The notes: generated from the letters alone by a model not told the origin. A stretch of DNA of 64,000 nt from Octopus sinensis (GCF_006345805.1 NC_043001.1:91760001-91824000); one strand, 5' to 3'; positions 24,233-37,813 are shown, counted from the first letter of the stretch. Program-made: numbers and translations.

Positions 24233-24846
24233 TTATACATATATAAATGTACATATATGTAGTGTACATCTATGTGTGTGTATATGTATATATATATACA
24301 CACACATACATGTATATATATTCATGCACACACATACATACATACATACATATACGCAACAATTCAGACGTGCATTGTGACTAAAACTTTATATCTAACT
24401 TGCAACGCTCTGAAAGAATCTACTTTACGTAACCACTCAATAAATCGTATGATCCTCTCTGAAAACAGCTGTACAAATTATCCAGGACTATGCTATCATA
24501 CAGTAGGGAGTGTTAATCCACACAAGTGTATTGTCTCTGATGTAAGACTTCATAACGCGCTCCTGTCTAACCAAATCTATTGCCGCTATTTCAAAGCGAA
24601 GTTGGTATCAATGAATCAAATCGGCTCTGGTAAGCGTTGAGGTGAAGGTAAACTTTTGACAATTCCATTTATAAGGCTCTTGATAACCAGCACGATCATC
24701 ACAGTATCATTTACACCATCGCTCCGGTTATTTCTGAAGCGTGTCACCATGCAAGAAATTATTGTACCGAGGAATGGACGGATGGTATTTCCTTACCAGT
24801 GCTGCTCTGTTTCCATAGCAAGTCATAACACTGGGTGGCCCAGTGA

Positions 24847-24856
24847 AATCTTACTG

Positions 24857-24893
<37 letters not shown>

Positions 24894-24986
24894 CTTACTG
24901 TGAATATATATAATATATAATATATATAATCTTACTGTGAATATATATATATATATATATATACATATATAAATCTTACTGTGAAT
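24847..24986 (+). repeat. 15-mer aatcttactgtgaat four times, separated by variable (TA)n
   Basis: Copies at 24847, 24891, 24928 and 24972. Confidence 0.95.
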
Positions 24987-25041
24987 ATATTATAGATACA
25001 TTTTTCTCTCCTTGTTTCTCTCCTTGTTTTTTTCTGTGTCC

Positions 25042-25077
25042 CTTTCTGTAGAAGAGCGTAGGCTCGAAACGTAAATG
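25042..25077 (+). ncRNA. Hammerhead-like motif with CUGUAGA core within a TA-flanked ~180-bp repeat (24995-25175)
   Basis: cttt-CTGTAGA-a-gagc-gtag-gctc-GAA-acgt-A-aatg; same family at 47029 and 60274. Confidence 0.6.
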
Positions 25078-25774
25078 ACTTTTTCTATTCCTGAGCGTTA
25101 TACTAATACATATGTTTGTTTTGTACACCACCTGACTTCGTCATTTGGTTTTTTCGTAAACTCTCCCTATATATATATATATATACTATAAGTATGTAAA
25201 TATTTTTATAGTAAACAGCAAGAGCGCTGCACAACTGAAGTGTGTTTCGTTAGCTTGCAGTGCTTTGTTTAAATAAAAGCAACAATGTAACCGAAAGAAC
25301 TAAGGGATCTCCTTGGTTGATGTACCCTAAATATATTAAGCAAACATTAATTCTTCAGTATTATTTACACTGTGTCAGTGTTTATTTATTAAAGTTATGT
25401 AACGTATTATCCTTCTCAGTAGTTATCTCTTCAGTGACGCAGCTGAGACGAAATCGTTCCATTTTCTTGATTGACCCATGTGAATTAGTTACACTTGTTT
25501 TTATTGTACTTTTAGAAGTCTAAAAGAAATTTTCCACCGTACCCTACTCTGTGATATGAATACAGAATATGCAATGACAAAACAAGATGCTGTAAGTTCA
25601 AAGAAGAGTTTTTCATCATCAATAAGTTCAGCTGTCCCAAAAAAGTAGTAAAGCTTGGGTTTTGAGCAACAAGTACTCCGATCGAGGATAAAAAGAGACA
25701 GGTGACTATCAACGATTCCGTTGTTTTTTTTCTCACTCTACCGTTGATACCTGCGCGCAGTTCTTTCTTTAGGA

Positions 25775-25789
25775 GCAGCAACAGCAGCA

Positions 25790-25857
<68 letters not shown>

Positions 25858-25917
25858 GGTACTGGAGGTGGTGGCAGTAGTAGTAGTAGAGGTGGTGGCC
25901 GTAGTAGTAGTAGCGGT

Positions 25918-25948
<31 letters not shown>

Positions 25949-26234
25949 GTGGTGGCAGTAATAGTGTAAGAGGTGGTGGCAGTAATAGTAGTAGTCGCAA
26001 CAGTAGCGGCAGTAGTAATAGTAGTAGTAGTGGCAGCAGCAGCAGCAGCAGTAGTAATAGTAGTTGTAGTGGTAGTAGCAGCAGCAGCATCTGTCAAATA
26101 TCCACAAATCACATTCAATCCTACTCTTTAAAAAACGCAAAAATGGATGGATTCATGGCCAGTGAGAGCTGACATCGCCAAGACCATCGGCGTCACCACC
26201 ACCACCACCACCTCCACCACCACCACTACCGTCG

Positions 26235-26265
<31 letters not shown>

Positions 26266-26430
26266 TGTAGTCGTAGTCGTCGCCGCAGCCGCCGTCATCG
26301 TGGTGGTCAACATTATCGTTGTCATTATCTGAATCTTGAACTTGGTCAACACCGTCGCAATCGTCGTCGCCGTGGTCATCGTCGTCGTCGTCGTGATCAT
26401 TTTCATCATCATAATCCTCATCATCATCAT
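25775..26430. repeat. Trinucleotide mosaic (AGC, AGT, GGT, then ACC, CAT, CGT)
   Basis: Direct inspection. Confidence 0.92.
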
Positions 26431-26431
26431 T

Positions 26432-26660
26432 ATCTGTTTCTTTATTACCCACAAGGGGCTAAACATAGAGGGGACAAATAATTACAGACAAACAGATTAA
26501 GTCGATTACATCGACCCCAGTGCGTAACTGGTACTTAATTTATCGACCCCGAAAGGATGAAAGGCAAAGTCGACCTCGGCGGAATTTGAACTCAGAACGC
26601 AGCGGCGGACGAAATACCACAAAGCATTTCGTCCGGCATGCTAACGGTTCTGCCAGCTCA
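26432..26660 (-). mobile_element. SINE group A
   Basis: Reverse complement of group A head, core and tail. Confidence 0.9.
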
Positions 26661-26690
26661 TCATCATTATCATCATCATCATCATCATCA

Positions 26691-26725
<35 letters not shown>

Positions 26726-26804
26726 TTCATCAACGCCATCCTAGTCGTCGTTTTCGTTGGCATTGCCACTGCGTCGCCGTAAGAACGACAAAAACAACAG
26801 CAAG

Positions 26805-26838
<34 letters not shown>

Positions 26839-26999
26839 GGCAACAGCAGCAGCAGCAGCAGCAGCAGTAGCAGCAGCAGCAGTCCTGTTCCCAAGCAATC
26901 ATAATGCACTCAATGGAGCAGACTGTCTAGTTATGTGAAACACCTGCAAGTCGTGCCGTTGGCCATTATTTATTGAACATACACAGCAATTCAGGTGTT

Positions 27000-27795
27000 T
27001 AATGGATGTGTGTGTATGTGTGTGTGTGTGGATTTGTGTGCGTGCTTGTGTATGTACCTGTATGTGTGTGTGTGTGGATTTGTGTGCGTGCTTGTGTATG
27101 TACCTGTATGTGTGTGTGTGTGGATTTGTGTGCGTGCTTGTGTATGTACCTGTATGTGTGTGTGTGTGTGTGTGTTTGTGTATTTGTGTGTTTGTGTATT
27201 TCTGTGTTTGTGTATTTGTGTATGTGTGTGTATGTATGTGTGCGGCGACGACTACGACTACGATGCGTGTATGTATGTGTATGTGTATTTATGTGTCTGC
27301 GCGCGGCGCGCGCGTGTGTGTGTGTGTGTATGTATGTATGTGTGTGTATGTGTGTGTATGTATGTGAGCTTGTGTATATGTGTGTGTATCTGTGTGCGTG
27401 ATTGTGTATGTGTGTGTGTGTGTTTGTGTGTATATATTCGCGTGCTTATATATGTGCTTGTGTGTATGTGTGTGTGTATTTCTGTGCGTGCTTGTGTATG
27501 TGCATGTCTATGTGCTTGTGTGTGTATATATATTTGCGTGCTTATGTATGTGAGCGTATGTATGTGTGTGTGTATTTGTGTGCGTGCTTGTCTATGTGCT
27601 TGTGTGTCTGTATATATATTTGCGTGCTGTGCTTGTGTGTATGTGTGTGTGTATTTCTGTGCGTGCTTATGTATGTGCATGTGTGTGTATATATATTTGC
27701 GTGCTTATGTATGTGTGCGTATGTATGTGTGTGTATTTGTGTGCGTGCTTGTGTATGTGCTTGTGTGTGCTTGTGTGTGTGTGTGTGTTTGTGTG
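27000..27795. repeat. GT-rich minisatellite with higher-order units
   Basis: 46-bp unit three times (ggattt at 27030, 27076, 27122), then longer degenerate units. Confidence 0.9.
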
Positions 27796-28199
27796 AAAGA
27801 ACACAGGATTCGCAATAATTTTTTTCTCTATATTTTTGACAGCAACAATTACAAAACTGGCTGCGACGACAACTACAACAATAGCAGGAATAACAACAGC
27901 AAGGTGCCAACAAGGGAGTGTCTACATTTTTGCATGACTTGCTAGAAATAACAACTAAATCTCTCCTTCAAATCACACCCAAAGAAAACGAAAAGAACAT
28001 GTGGACAACGTGATCCTGGGTCCCCTGCATATAACAAAAGGTGATGGTGGTCACAGCTGGAATGCCTTGGTTAACGATTTCGACATGCAGTGACGAAAAC
28101 TGCAAGGATCCCTCAACTCGAGCAGGAAGTGTCTTGAGGCTAAACAACGACAAATTAAGGGATGAAAATTAATGACGGTTTCATATATTGGCACAGGGC

Positions 28200-28720
28200 C
28201 AGCAAATTTACGGAAGAGCCTTCATCTGATGCTTTGTTTTATCGACCCCAAAAGGATGAAAGGCAAAGTTAAGCTGGACAGAATTTGAACTCAGAACGTA
28301 AAGTGACAGAGGAAATACTCCGAAGCATTTTGTTCGACGCGCTAACGATTCTACCACTCACCGCCAATATTCATTTCTTTTCATGTAGGAAGAAAAGCTG
28401 TACGAGGAGGTGCTGAAAAGTTCCCGGCTTTGGGTAAAAGAAAATGCAAGGGGATCTGTTAATTGTGATTTTATGCAAAATATTCTCCTCCCAGGTTCAC
28501 ACTCATTCCGGTGAATATATCTGGTTTTGAAAGTAAGCTCTTCAATATTGATAATAATATTGGTTTCAAATTATGGCAGCAATTTTGGAGGAGCAATTTT
28601 GGAGGAGCGGCAAGTAGATTACATCGACCCCAGTGCTCAAATGGTACTTATTCATCGACCCCATTGATCAACTGGTACTTATTCCATCGGCCCAGAATGA
28701 ATGAAAAGCAAAGTCGACCA
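28200..28720 (-). mobile_element. Diverged SINE A remnants (28200-28365 and 28560-28720)
   Basis: tttatcgacccc..aaggatgaaaggcaaagt motifs. Confidence 0.7.
28401..28500 (+). mobile_element. mariner-type MITE end
   Basis: TA followed by cgaggaggtgctgaaaagttccc, typical of a mariner TIR; related piece at 12631. Confidence 0.6.
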
Positions 28721-29280
28721 ACAATTTTTCTAAGCCCTGTAAAAGGGCTTGGAAGGTTTGGTCTCCAAACAGGCCTTTCATTACACCCTTAAACCAGGAA
28801 ATTTTCAGCACCTTTTCGTGTATTTTAGGGAAGACTAATTGGATGTAGTGGTGATCATGCTTTTCTTGTCGTTGTAAATGATAGAAACAAGCATCACCCG
28901 AAAATTCGGATAAACTACTATAGCAACAACTGAAAACAACAACAATTTCAGTTTTATAACGAATTATTTTGCTGTATCTATTTCGAGTTCTGAGTTCCAA
29001 TCTTTACGTTCTGAGTTCCAATCCCGCCGAGGTCAGCTTTGACTGTCAACCTTCCAGAATAAATACTTTACAGTATTTGTTTCGGTTCATTATGCTCTAA
29101 GTTCAAATCCTTGCAAGGTCAACTTTGCCTCTCATCCTTTCAGATTCGAATAACTAAACTAAATGACTAGTACTGGACGCTGTGTAATCAACTTACGCTT
29201 TGCCCTAAAACTTCAAGCCTTGTGTCTATATCAGAAGCAGATATCTAAAGAGTGGTGATGGTTTAACAGACACGTTAGAG

Positions 29281-29556
29281 CAGTGGTTCCCAAACTTTTT
29301 CAGGCTGCCACCCCCTTGGTACTCAGACCACATCCTTAGTGCCCCAGCACCATTCTCCAACACAAACATAGACCACTTTCTGCAGCAAATTCAAAACAAC
29401 TGTATTTCACATAAAACTTAATTAAGCCATTATTTTGGATGTTTTTACATCCACCCCATTATCGCCACCCCATTATCGCCCCACTTTTCTTCAATACTCC
29501 ACTGAATCTTTCCACCTCCCATATGGTGGTAGTACCATACACTTTGGAAACCACTG
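29281..29556. mobile_element. hAT (Charlie-like) MITE
   Basis: TIRs cagtggttcccaaact / actttggaaaccactg; 8-bp TSD cgttagag / cgttatag (1 mismatch). Confidence 0.9.
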
Positions 29557-29577
29557 CGTTATAGCGTCAACTTTTTA

Positions 29578-30243
29578 GGCGCTGAGTTCAAATTCTGCAA
29601 AAAGTCAACTTTGCCTTTCATCGTTTCGGGATCGATAAAGTAAAGAACTAGTCAAGTAGTCGATTCGATGTAATAAACTAACTCCCTTGTACCTCAATTA
29701 AGATACACTTATTATTTATATAGGCCCTAATTTAAAAGTACTTTATCAATATTATTGATAATCTAAGGCGGCGAGCTGGCAGAAACGTTAGCACGCCGGG
29801 CGAAATGCTTAGCGGTATTTAGCGGTATTACGTTCTGAGTTCAAATTCCGCCAAAGTCGACTTTGCCTTTTATCATTTCAGGGTCGATAAATTAAGTACC
29901 AGTTGCGTACTGGGGCCAATCTAATCTACTGGCCCCACCTTCCCCCCAAAATGTTGGGCCTTGTGCCTAGAGTAGAAAAGAACATTATTTATAATCTTAA
30001 GACGGTGAGCTGACAGAATCGTTAACACGCCGGACGAAGTGCTTGGCGCAATTTCACCCGATTTTACGTTCTGAGTTCAAATTCCACCGTGGTCGATTTT
30101 GCCCTTCATTCATTCTGGGTCGATGGAATAAGTACCAGTTGATCAATGGGGTCGATGAATAAGTACCATTTGAGCACTGGGGTCAATGTAATCGACTTGC
30201 CGCTTCTCCAAAATTGCTGGCCTTGTGCCAAAATTTGAAACCA
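29578..30243 (+). mobile_element. Cluster of three SINE A copies (a diverged fourth lies at ~28985-29230)
   Basis: Heads at 29764 and ~29998; tail type ggcc...cccccaaaat...gggccttgtgcc. Confidence 0.85.
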
Positions 30244-31866
30244 AATATTACTTTCAAAACCAGATATATGCATCGGAATGAGTTTTGAGTAGTTGTTTAA
30301 AACAACAACTTCAATATATTTGATTTTTTGCCTACAGTCTATATGGCATCTATCCCAGTTTGACTGAAAAGAATTTCACGTGCCGGAAGTCAGCATCTTT
30401 CAGATTGTGTTTTAATGGTTATCATGTAATTGACAAAATATGCACTTATACCGGTTTTGGAAGTAAGCTTCTCATGTTAGCTACCTGAGCCTATTCCTTG
30501 TTGGGAGCATTAACTTTCATTGTACGTTTTTCATGACCAAGCAAATTTACGTTCATAAAATTTTCCTCCGTAACCATCCCGCTTGGTTTCTGAAAATGTA
30601 TCTACAAAACAGTAACCAATATGTTTTTCTTATTTTAAGATGATACAGTATGATTTAAGGGATATTTTGGCTGATAAGCCTAGCAAATCGAGTGGTCACA
30701 CATGGTCTCCCAATCACCTCATAATTATTGCTGCCGTTTAATTCCAGCTGGAAACGAAAGCCTATGAAGAAAGACGTTTCAGCTGAGACCATCACAACTT
30801 ATTCAAATATTCTGTACTGATACAGACATGATTGTGTGGCTAAATGCTATCTGGTGCTTGGTTGGATTCGTTGCACAACACTGTGGTTCCGAGTTCGCTC
30901 CTTCAGCAGCAGACTGAAAGAGCGCCTTCTACTGTGTTTCGTGTTCAACAATGCTTTTAGAGTGCTTGGTAGATGGAAACTGTGTTGAAGCTCAGTGTAC
31001 ATGTATGTATGCGCGCATGTGTGTTTATATATATTATATATATATATATATTATAATATATAAGTATATATATAATATACGTATGTATGTATGTATGTAT
31101 GTATGTGTATATGTTTCTGTGTGTGTATGTGTAATCAAAAGTGTAACCTAGTTCCATAGCTAAGAAGAACGATCACATAAAAAAGTGCCGCGACTATTAC
31201 CATCATTTCTCTCCTATTGTGCGAAATATTTAATCATTTATAATGCAGTAGCAGAGTTGTTAGTACATTGGATAGAATGCCTTGAGATATGTTTTTTAGC
31301 TCTCCACATACTGGGTTCATCTCCACTAATCACGATGGCGATTTCCCCTTTTGCCCTTCGTCTTTTGCCTTTTCTGTGTCAATTAAAGAGTCGCGATTCT
31401 GGCTAGTAAAGTTCGACCGGCTACCTGTTTGGTAACAAAGTTGTGAATGAAAGTATCTTGTGTTGTTCTCCTTCCTTTAAATCTTAAGGAAGTCTTGCAT
31501 ATTTTCGTAATACTTGATATCTCGATCACTTGTAGTGTTTGGATTAAGGAATTGCATTCTCTCTTCAAGAACCGAAGTTCAGCCATACTTTGCTCCGGTT
31601 GGGATGGTTCATGTCCTGTTGTTCCAATAATAATAATAGGTATGAAGCTTAAAATGTATGTATATATCTATGCGTTTATACATGTATGTAGTTAAGTAAG
31701 TAGGTAGTATATAGATATAGGCAGAAGCATCAGTTCTTTTAATAGGTGAGAACTGTTTATACGAAACCATCGGTATCGTATTGAAGGAAGTCTACTACTA
31801 AAAGAAACTATTTATCCGGCAATGCGGTGTTGATCATTTATTCTTCAGGTCCTCACTAGCCTGTGA

Positions 31867-31897
<31 letters not shown>

Positions 31898-32190
31898 AGA
31901 ATGTGCATCTGTGTGTATGCACGAGTGTGATATTTATATGTATGCATGTATGTATGTTATGTGCGTTATGTATGACTTACGGTTAACGATGCATAATGGC
32001 AAAGAATACAAACATCAGCACGAAAATCGAAAAGCCTGCGCTATTCATGTGAAGTATATTGCTATAATTGCTCAGCAGTGATTTACATGCACTCCCTTAA
32101 CATTTACGTCGTCAGAAATGCAGTGAACCAGTGACAGGCTCATTGGAGACCTGCAATCAGGGACGCTATAGTTAACCATTTGTGATATAA

Positions 32191-32555
32191 TCTCTCTATA
32201 TATAAACGGCAAAATGTCTGTGTGTGTGTCCTTTATACAAATCCACAATTTTTTCAGTTAGAGGGCTCGCACTTTCTATGGTCATTCAAAACCGTCCAAG
32301 GTGATCGTGCACATCTTTACATTTCCCCAGTCACCCCGCAAAGCCATTAAAAAAATCAATAGAAGTGACTTTATTGTGAATTTTCTATCCAAAACCCAAT
32401 CAAAATGCCCGAGATTTGATACGCCAATTGAATGCCAGCTAGCTGTATATGATTGGTCGGAGATTTGGACAGTACTCGCGTGTATGTGTACACGCACGCA
32501 GCTGTATATGCATGCACTAGCACTATGACCCGGCGTTGCCGGGTCATAGTGCTAG
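32191..32555 (+). mobile_element. Non-autonomous Helitron-like element
   Basis: 5' A|TC-tctctatatataaacggc then (GT)n; 3' 19-bp perfect hairpin ending CTAG|T. Confidence 0.8.
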
Positions 32556-33664
32556 TATAGAATAAAACAAAGATACATATATAGGGAAGACATCATTTAA
32601 AGTGTACTTACTGACTTTTAAATTGTGACTTCGAGGGAAAATGACTGCTATTTTTAGCGAATAGTGCGGCCGCCTGAAGGTTCTCTTGCCGATACTACTT
32701 TTTACTTACTTATTTCTTTTGTTTTCCTTTTTGTTCGTTATCTGTTGTGAGCCATGAATTGGTAACGCAGAGAAAATGCTGGAGTCTTACAGGGCAATCC
32801 TTAAAAAATAATTATTCATACTATTTTCAGACATATTTAGACACGCACACACGCGCACACATGCACGCAGGCACACACTCACACACCGCGCACACACACA
32901 AAGTCAAACCTAAAAAATATTTGTACGCGAGAGTGCACATGCACGCGTGTGTGCGTGTATGATTATGTATGCATTCATGTGTGTGTGTATCTGCGTGCGC
33001 GCATTATCTGTATGCATATACCTAGACGAATGGATAAGCTCACTTACACATACTTAATACACGCTTGCCAATATATACATTAACACATGTATACACCCGT
33101 ATACTCGCATACATATACACACATATATATTATACATATATGTATGTGTGTATGTATGTACATATGTATGTATATATGTATGTTATCCATCTATCTACGC
33201 ACAAACACACACACACACACACGCACGCACACACACACACACACACACACACCACACACACACACACATACGTCCACACAGTCGCACAGGCATTGGAACA
33301 GTTACTAGTAGATCCGGTTGTGAATTAGCGCTGGGTTGAAATGATTCCCTTAACGGGGTTTTCTCAACAGAAGCTGTTCTGGCCTTGACATTTTCTTACA
33401 CTTCATCGCCATCACCGTCACCATCACCATCAGCATCACCATCACTGCAATCACCATTACTGGCATCAACAGCTTCCTATCCAATCACTACTTCGCCTTC
33501 GTTCATATTTGCCTCGTTTTCGTACGTAGCGCCTCACGCTGTGCAGTATAGATATCTCGCACCTGTCCGGTGTAGCGTGTGTATGCATGTGTGTGTGTGT
33601 GTGTATGTGTGTGTGTGTGTGTGTGTGTATTAGCATGTGCTTGTTTACAATCTAAACTTCATGA

Positions 33665-33704
<40 letters not shown>

Positions 33705-34008
33705 CGAAAAGAGAGGAAGCATATCGCTTATGTGTACACGCACAACTCAAATGCGTGTGTGTGAATATGTATGTCTTCCTGAGTGTCCACATGATTCTGT
33801 GTGTGTATGTGTGTGTGTGTGTGTGTGTTGTGTGTGTGTGTGTGTGTGTGTGTGTGAGTGTGTGTGAGAAGAAAGAGAGCGATAAAAAATGTTGATGGAA
33901 GATGCAATAAGTGCTAGGTCTGTCAGTGTTTGTGCAGAAATATATGCAACGGTGTGTGAGTGTTCGTGTGTGTATACCAATGTATTCGTAGACTGATTTA
34001 TATATACA

Positions 34009-34120
34009 CAGGGTGATTCGAAAGTCTCCATACATAGGAAAAATTTATTCTTTTATAAGAAACAGTTTATAAGACCCCCTAGATCCCCTGATCTGACCAC
34101 TCTTGATTTCTTTCAAGGTT
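34009..34120 (+). mobile_element. Internally deleted Tc1/mariner-superfamily remnant
   Basis: cagggtg TIR-like start; RPPRSPDLTTLDFF motif at 34072-34113. Confidence 0.65.
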
Positions 34121-34269
34121 TCTCACCTTCAATATAATTCTAGCTCTATCTATGAAAATAAACTATTGGACTCCAAAATGTTTGCTCTTTGTATACTGGT
34201 TTCTAATTTAGGCATAAAGCCAGCAGCTGTGATAGAAGGAGTTTAGTCGATACTGGTTCTTTATTTTAC

Positions 34270-34400
34270 TGATCCCGAAAAAATGAGAAGTAAAGTTGAC
34301 TTTGACAGGATTTGAACTCAGAATATAGAAAGCCGGAAGAAATACTGCCAAGCAATGTTCTCGACGTTTTAACAACTCTGCCAGCTCACCGCCTTCGCTC
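34270..34400 (-). mobile_element. SINE group A, diverged
   Basis: tttgaactcagaa...gccagctcaccgcctt. Confidence 0.75.
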
Positions 34401-34854
34401 TTAATATAATATTGGTAAGGCTGCAAAGCCCAGTACTGATATACTGTTTTATGACCTTGATTTTTCTCGTGCTTACTAAAACATGGGAACAGGCCAATTT
34501 TGCTTTTCCGTTTCAAAAGATTTCTGGTGATGTTTATAAATATACTTCGGTACGTCAGAAGTGTAATCGCATGGGATTGTATGGTTATTTTCTTTAAAAG
34601 CTTTTTTAATTATACTATAATTAAATTACCACACTACATCTCATTTGAACATATTAATCAAAGTTTAGAGTCAAACTATCTTTATAACGCTCTGTTATAT
34701 ACTGTCTTTCTTGGACAAGTGTTTATTAATTTGAATGAACTTGACGTTTTCTTGGAAAGTCATTGAATAATAGTTGACTTTAACCCCCAGACCTCACTCC
34801 CATCAGGTTTCAGCCAGTGAGCCTTTTGGAAATATCCTTGTCAATTACTGTCTT

Positions 34855-35275
34855 TAACAGTGCCAGAACAGACATTGGTGCCGCAATTAGCCAGTGAGCT
34901 TGTTAAAAAATATATATATTAGCGACAGAGTATTAATATCGACACGTAATATTTATCCCCACTTTAACGTGGGTGTTCCGTTAGAACAAACTATACTGCG
35001 GTGGTTACCATGAGAGAAGCTCCCATATTTTGGTGCAAAATGCACACTTGTTTATATCACTAGGCGGGGAGATAAATCCTCGCCACCTCCTACGCCGAGG
35101 TCACTAGATCACATGATTTCGACTTTCTTTGATCATGTCAATGATGGACGCTCGATCACTAGAGATAGCAGCTATTCATCTCCCCACTAGCGATATATAG
35201 AATAACAGTGCCAGAACAGGCGCTGGTGTCACGATTAGCCAGTGAGATTGTTAAAGAATATTTATTAGTGACAGA
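34855..35275 (+). repeat. Diverged direct repeat, ~73 bp twice (34855-34929 and 35203-35275)
   Basis: taacagtgccagaacag...ttagccagtgag.ttgttaaa...tattag.gacaga in both. Confidence 0.85.
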
Positions 35276-36629
35276 AGCGTCATCTCTAACAGCATCTTGA
35301 GACGTCAATGGTGAACTCCATCAAGGACACCGACAGACCAAATGATGGCGTAATGTTGTTTAACTGGAGAGCTGCTAGGCCTACCACTTGCAATGAATTA
35401 AATTTGCTGATTTATATATTTGTATTTTGCTGTTAGTGTTTTTTAGCCCCTAAAGGCATTTCAAACGTGACAATCCCGTCTTTTTGTATGATAAAAGGAT
35501 TACATTGTCTAGTGTGTCCTTCCTTCTATAAAACGAGTGGATGTGATCTGAAGCTCGTATTTTTTATCTTGTTATTTTTCGGTGTACAGACAACATAGAA
35601 TTCTAATATCAATGTCCATCCCTTCATAGTAACAGAGTTCAGTTTTATAAAGGTGAGAATTGATTTAACTGAAGTTAAATCAGCTACTTTTTGCTTATAT
35701 GATATGATTATAAACAGCTGTTCCTCTTATGACACAACTACAGATCTATATAATTCTACGCTATCTTACTTCTTCGTTGTCAACTGTCAACGTTTTTAAA
35801 TTTTGCGGTCTGTGAACTTGAAATCATCATCGCATATGAAAATTGTTGAAGTTAAACGTGCAAGGAGTAAACTAAAATGGCGCTGGCGTTGATCTTGAGA
35901 TATTGATGAAAGGAAAGATTTGTAATCCAAAGAAATAAAATCAGCGACGCCTGTCTTTTGAGTTAAACGTATATATTACATTTATGCTTTCCTGGAAATT
36001 TATGTTATTTCAAAACAGGGAATTAATTCTATTAAACTATTTTATATAAATGCAATTTCTGTATTCTTAAACCTAGTGGAATGAGCTAATTCATCTTAGA
36101 CTCTGTCAATCTCAAAACAAATCCCATTCATAAAGTTTTTGGACCAACGTATTATTGTGATGAGTTCACAATGAGTTCTTGACCATATCTGATTTCGAAG
36201 CCGTTATACGAGACGAAATACTGGCCTGAAATAACTATGTGTATAACATTCATAGTGTATATGCAAACGCTGAACGGCATTTGCTGTAATATTTTTGATT
36301 TGGAGAGACTTTGAATTTATTGATCTAATATTGATCTGTTGAAATCTGTAAAGTCAAAATCCTAGATCCGGAAACATCATGGATAATGTAATCGTTATCG
36401 GAAAATATTTGCACTGATCATTGTCAAAATTAGCAATTGAAGGTGTTTACTTCATTGAACTTTTGCACTTAAAAATAAGGGGTAAAAATTGAGAGATTAA
36501 AGAATTCTCAATAAGCACCTAGTCTAAATTTAATTGCAAAAATTACTAAAAAAACGTATGAAGGATCAATTGCAGACACATTCGCTTTTGGCAGTGAGTA
36601 TGTAGGAGTGATATCAGTAAATATATATA

Positions 36630-36943
36630 TTTTTTATTTATGCGCCCTTTTCAAGCCTAGCCAGGCTCATGGGCCCGGTTTCCCGGTTTCTATAGCGTAT
36701 GTGTTCCTCCCAGCAGGACGGGACGCCAGTCCATCGCAGCGTTACTCAAGAAACAGGAAGAAAGGGTGAGAGAAAGTTGGGGCGAAAGAGTACAACAGGA
36801 GTCGCCACGAACCCTTGCCGGAGCTTCGTGGAGCTTTAGATGTTTTCACTCAATAAACACACACAACGCCCGGTCTGAGAATCGAAACCGCGATCCTCCG
36901 ACCGCGAGTCCGCCGCCCTAACCACTGGGCCATTGCGCCTCCA
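36630..36943 (-). mobile_element. SINE group C, full-length
   Basis: Reverse complement of the 41091 copy. Confidence 0.92.
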
Positions 36944-37123
36944 CTACCAGTAAATGGATAAGACCAAATCAGTTAGCATATAGGACTGATTTCTTGTAAG
37001 AAAGAAACCTCGTTAAACTACAGAGTGATTTTGAACTAGCATCTGACAATGGCAAAATGTCGAATGTAATTTTTTGCAGCATAACGAAGAGTTTAACACT
37101 GTGCATTATTATGCATCGTTTTC

Positions 37124-37655
37124 AAGGCAGCGAGCAGGCAGAATAATTAGAGCGTTGAATAAAATGCTTTTGTGATATTTACATTCTGACTTCAAATCCC
37201 ACCGGGGTTAAATTTGTTGCTCATACTTCCGGCGTCGATAAGGCGGCGAGCCGGCAGAATCGTTAGCACGCCGGGTGAAATGCTTGGCGGTATTTCGTCT
37301 GCCGCTACGTTCTGAGTTCAAATTCCGCCGAGGTCGACTTTGCCTTTCATTCTTTCGGGGTCGATTAAATAAGTACCAGTTACGCACTGGGGTCGATGTA
37401 ATCGGCTTAATCCGTTTGTCTGTCCTTGTTTGTCCTCTCTGTGTTTAGCCCCTTGTGGGTAGTAAAGAAATAGGTATTTCGTCTGCCGTTACGTTCTGAG
37501 TTCAAATTCCGCCGAGGTCAACTTTGCCTTTCATCCTTTCGAGGTCGATTAAATAAGTACCAGTTACGCGCTGGGGTCGATATAATCGTCTTAATCCGTT
37601 TGTCTGTTCTTGTTTGTCCCCTCTGTGTGTAGCCCATTTTGGGCAGTAAAGAAAA
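37124..37655 (+). mobile_element. SINE group A array (diverged copy, full copy, head-less unit)
   Basis: Junction aaagaaata|ggtatttcgtctg at 37472/37473. Confidence 0.92.
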
Positions 37656-37813
37656 AGAAAACGACTATGTTACATTTGAACGCTTTAGACCTGAGCTTCT
37701 GAAACCTGAGTTATTGTTTCCTATTCTTTTACTAACCTTTTCTCAATGACTCCTGGCAACAATTCAATAAAATTAAATACACTGTATCTACATATGAATA
37801 TACACTTACACAT

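Noticed and set aside
24847-24986. CRISPR-like repeat-spacer appearance
   Set aside because: Eukaryotic context, 15-bp repeat, spacers are only (TA)n, no cas genes
25702-26172. 156-aa Ser/Gly-rich ORF and overlapping antisense ORFs
   Set aside because: Open only because the trinucleotide mosaic lacks stops; several frames are open; no domain or splice support
26995-27945. 316-aa Cys/Val ORF, the longest in the track
   Set aside because: Entirely the GT-rich minisatellite
35875-35890. AAAATGGCG YY1-like or start-codon motif
   Set aside because: Isolated 9-mer; the ORF stops after 9 codons; no other promoter evidence
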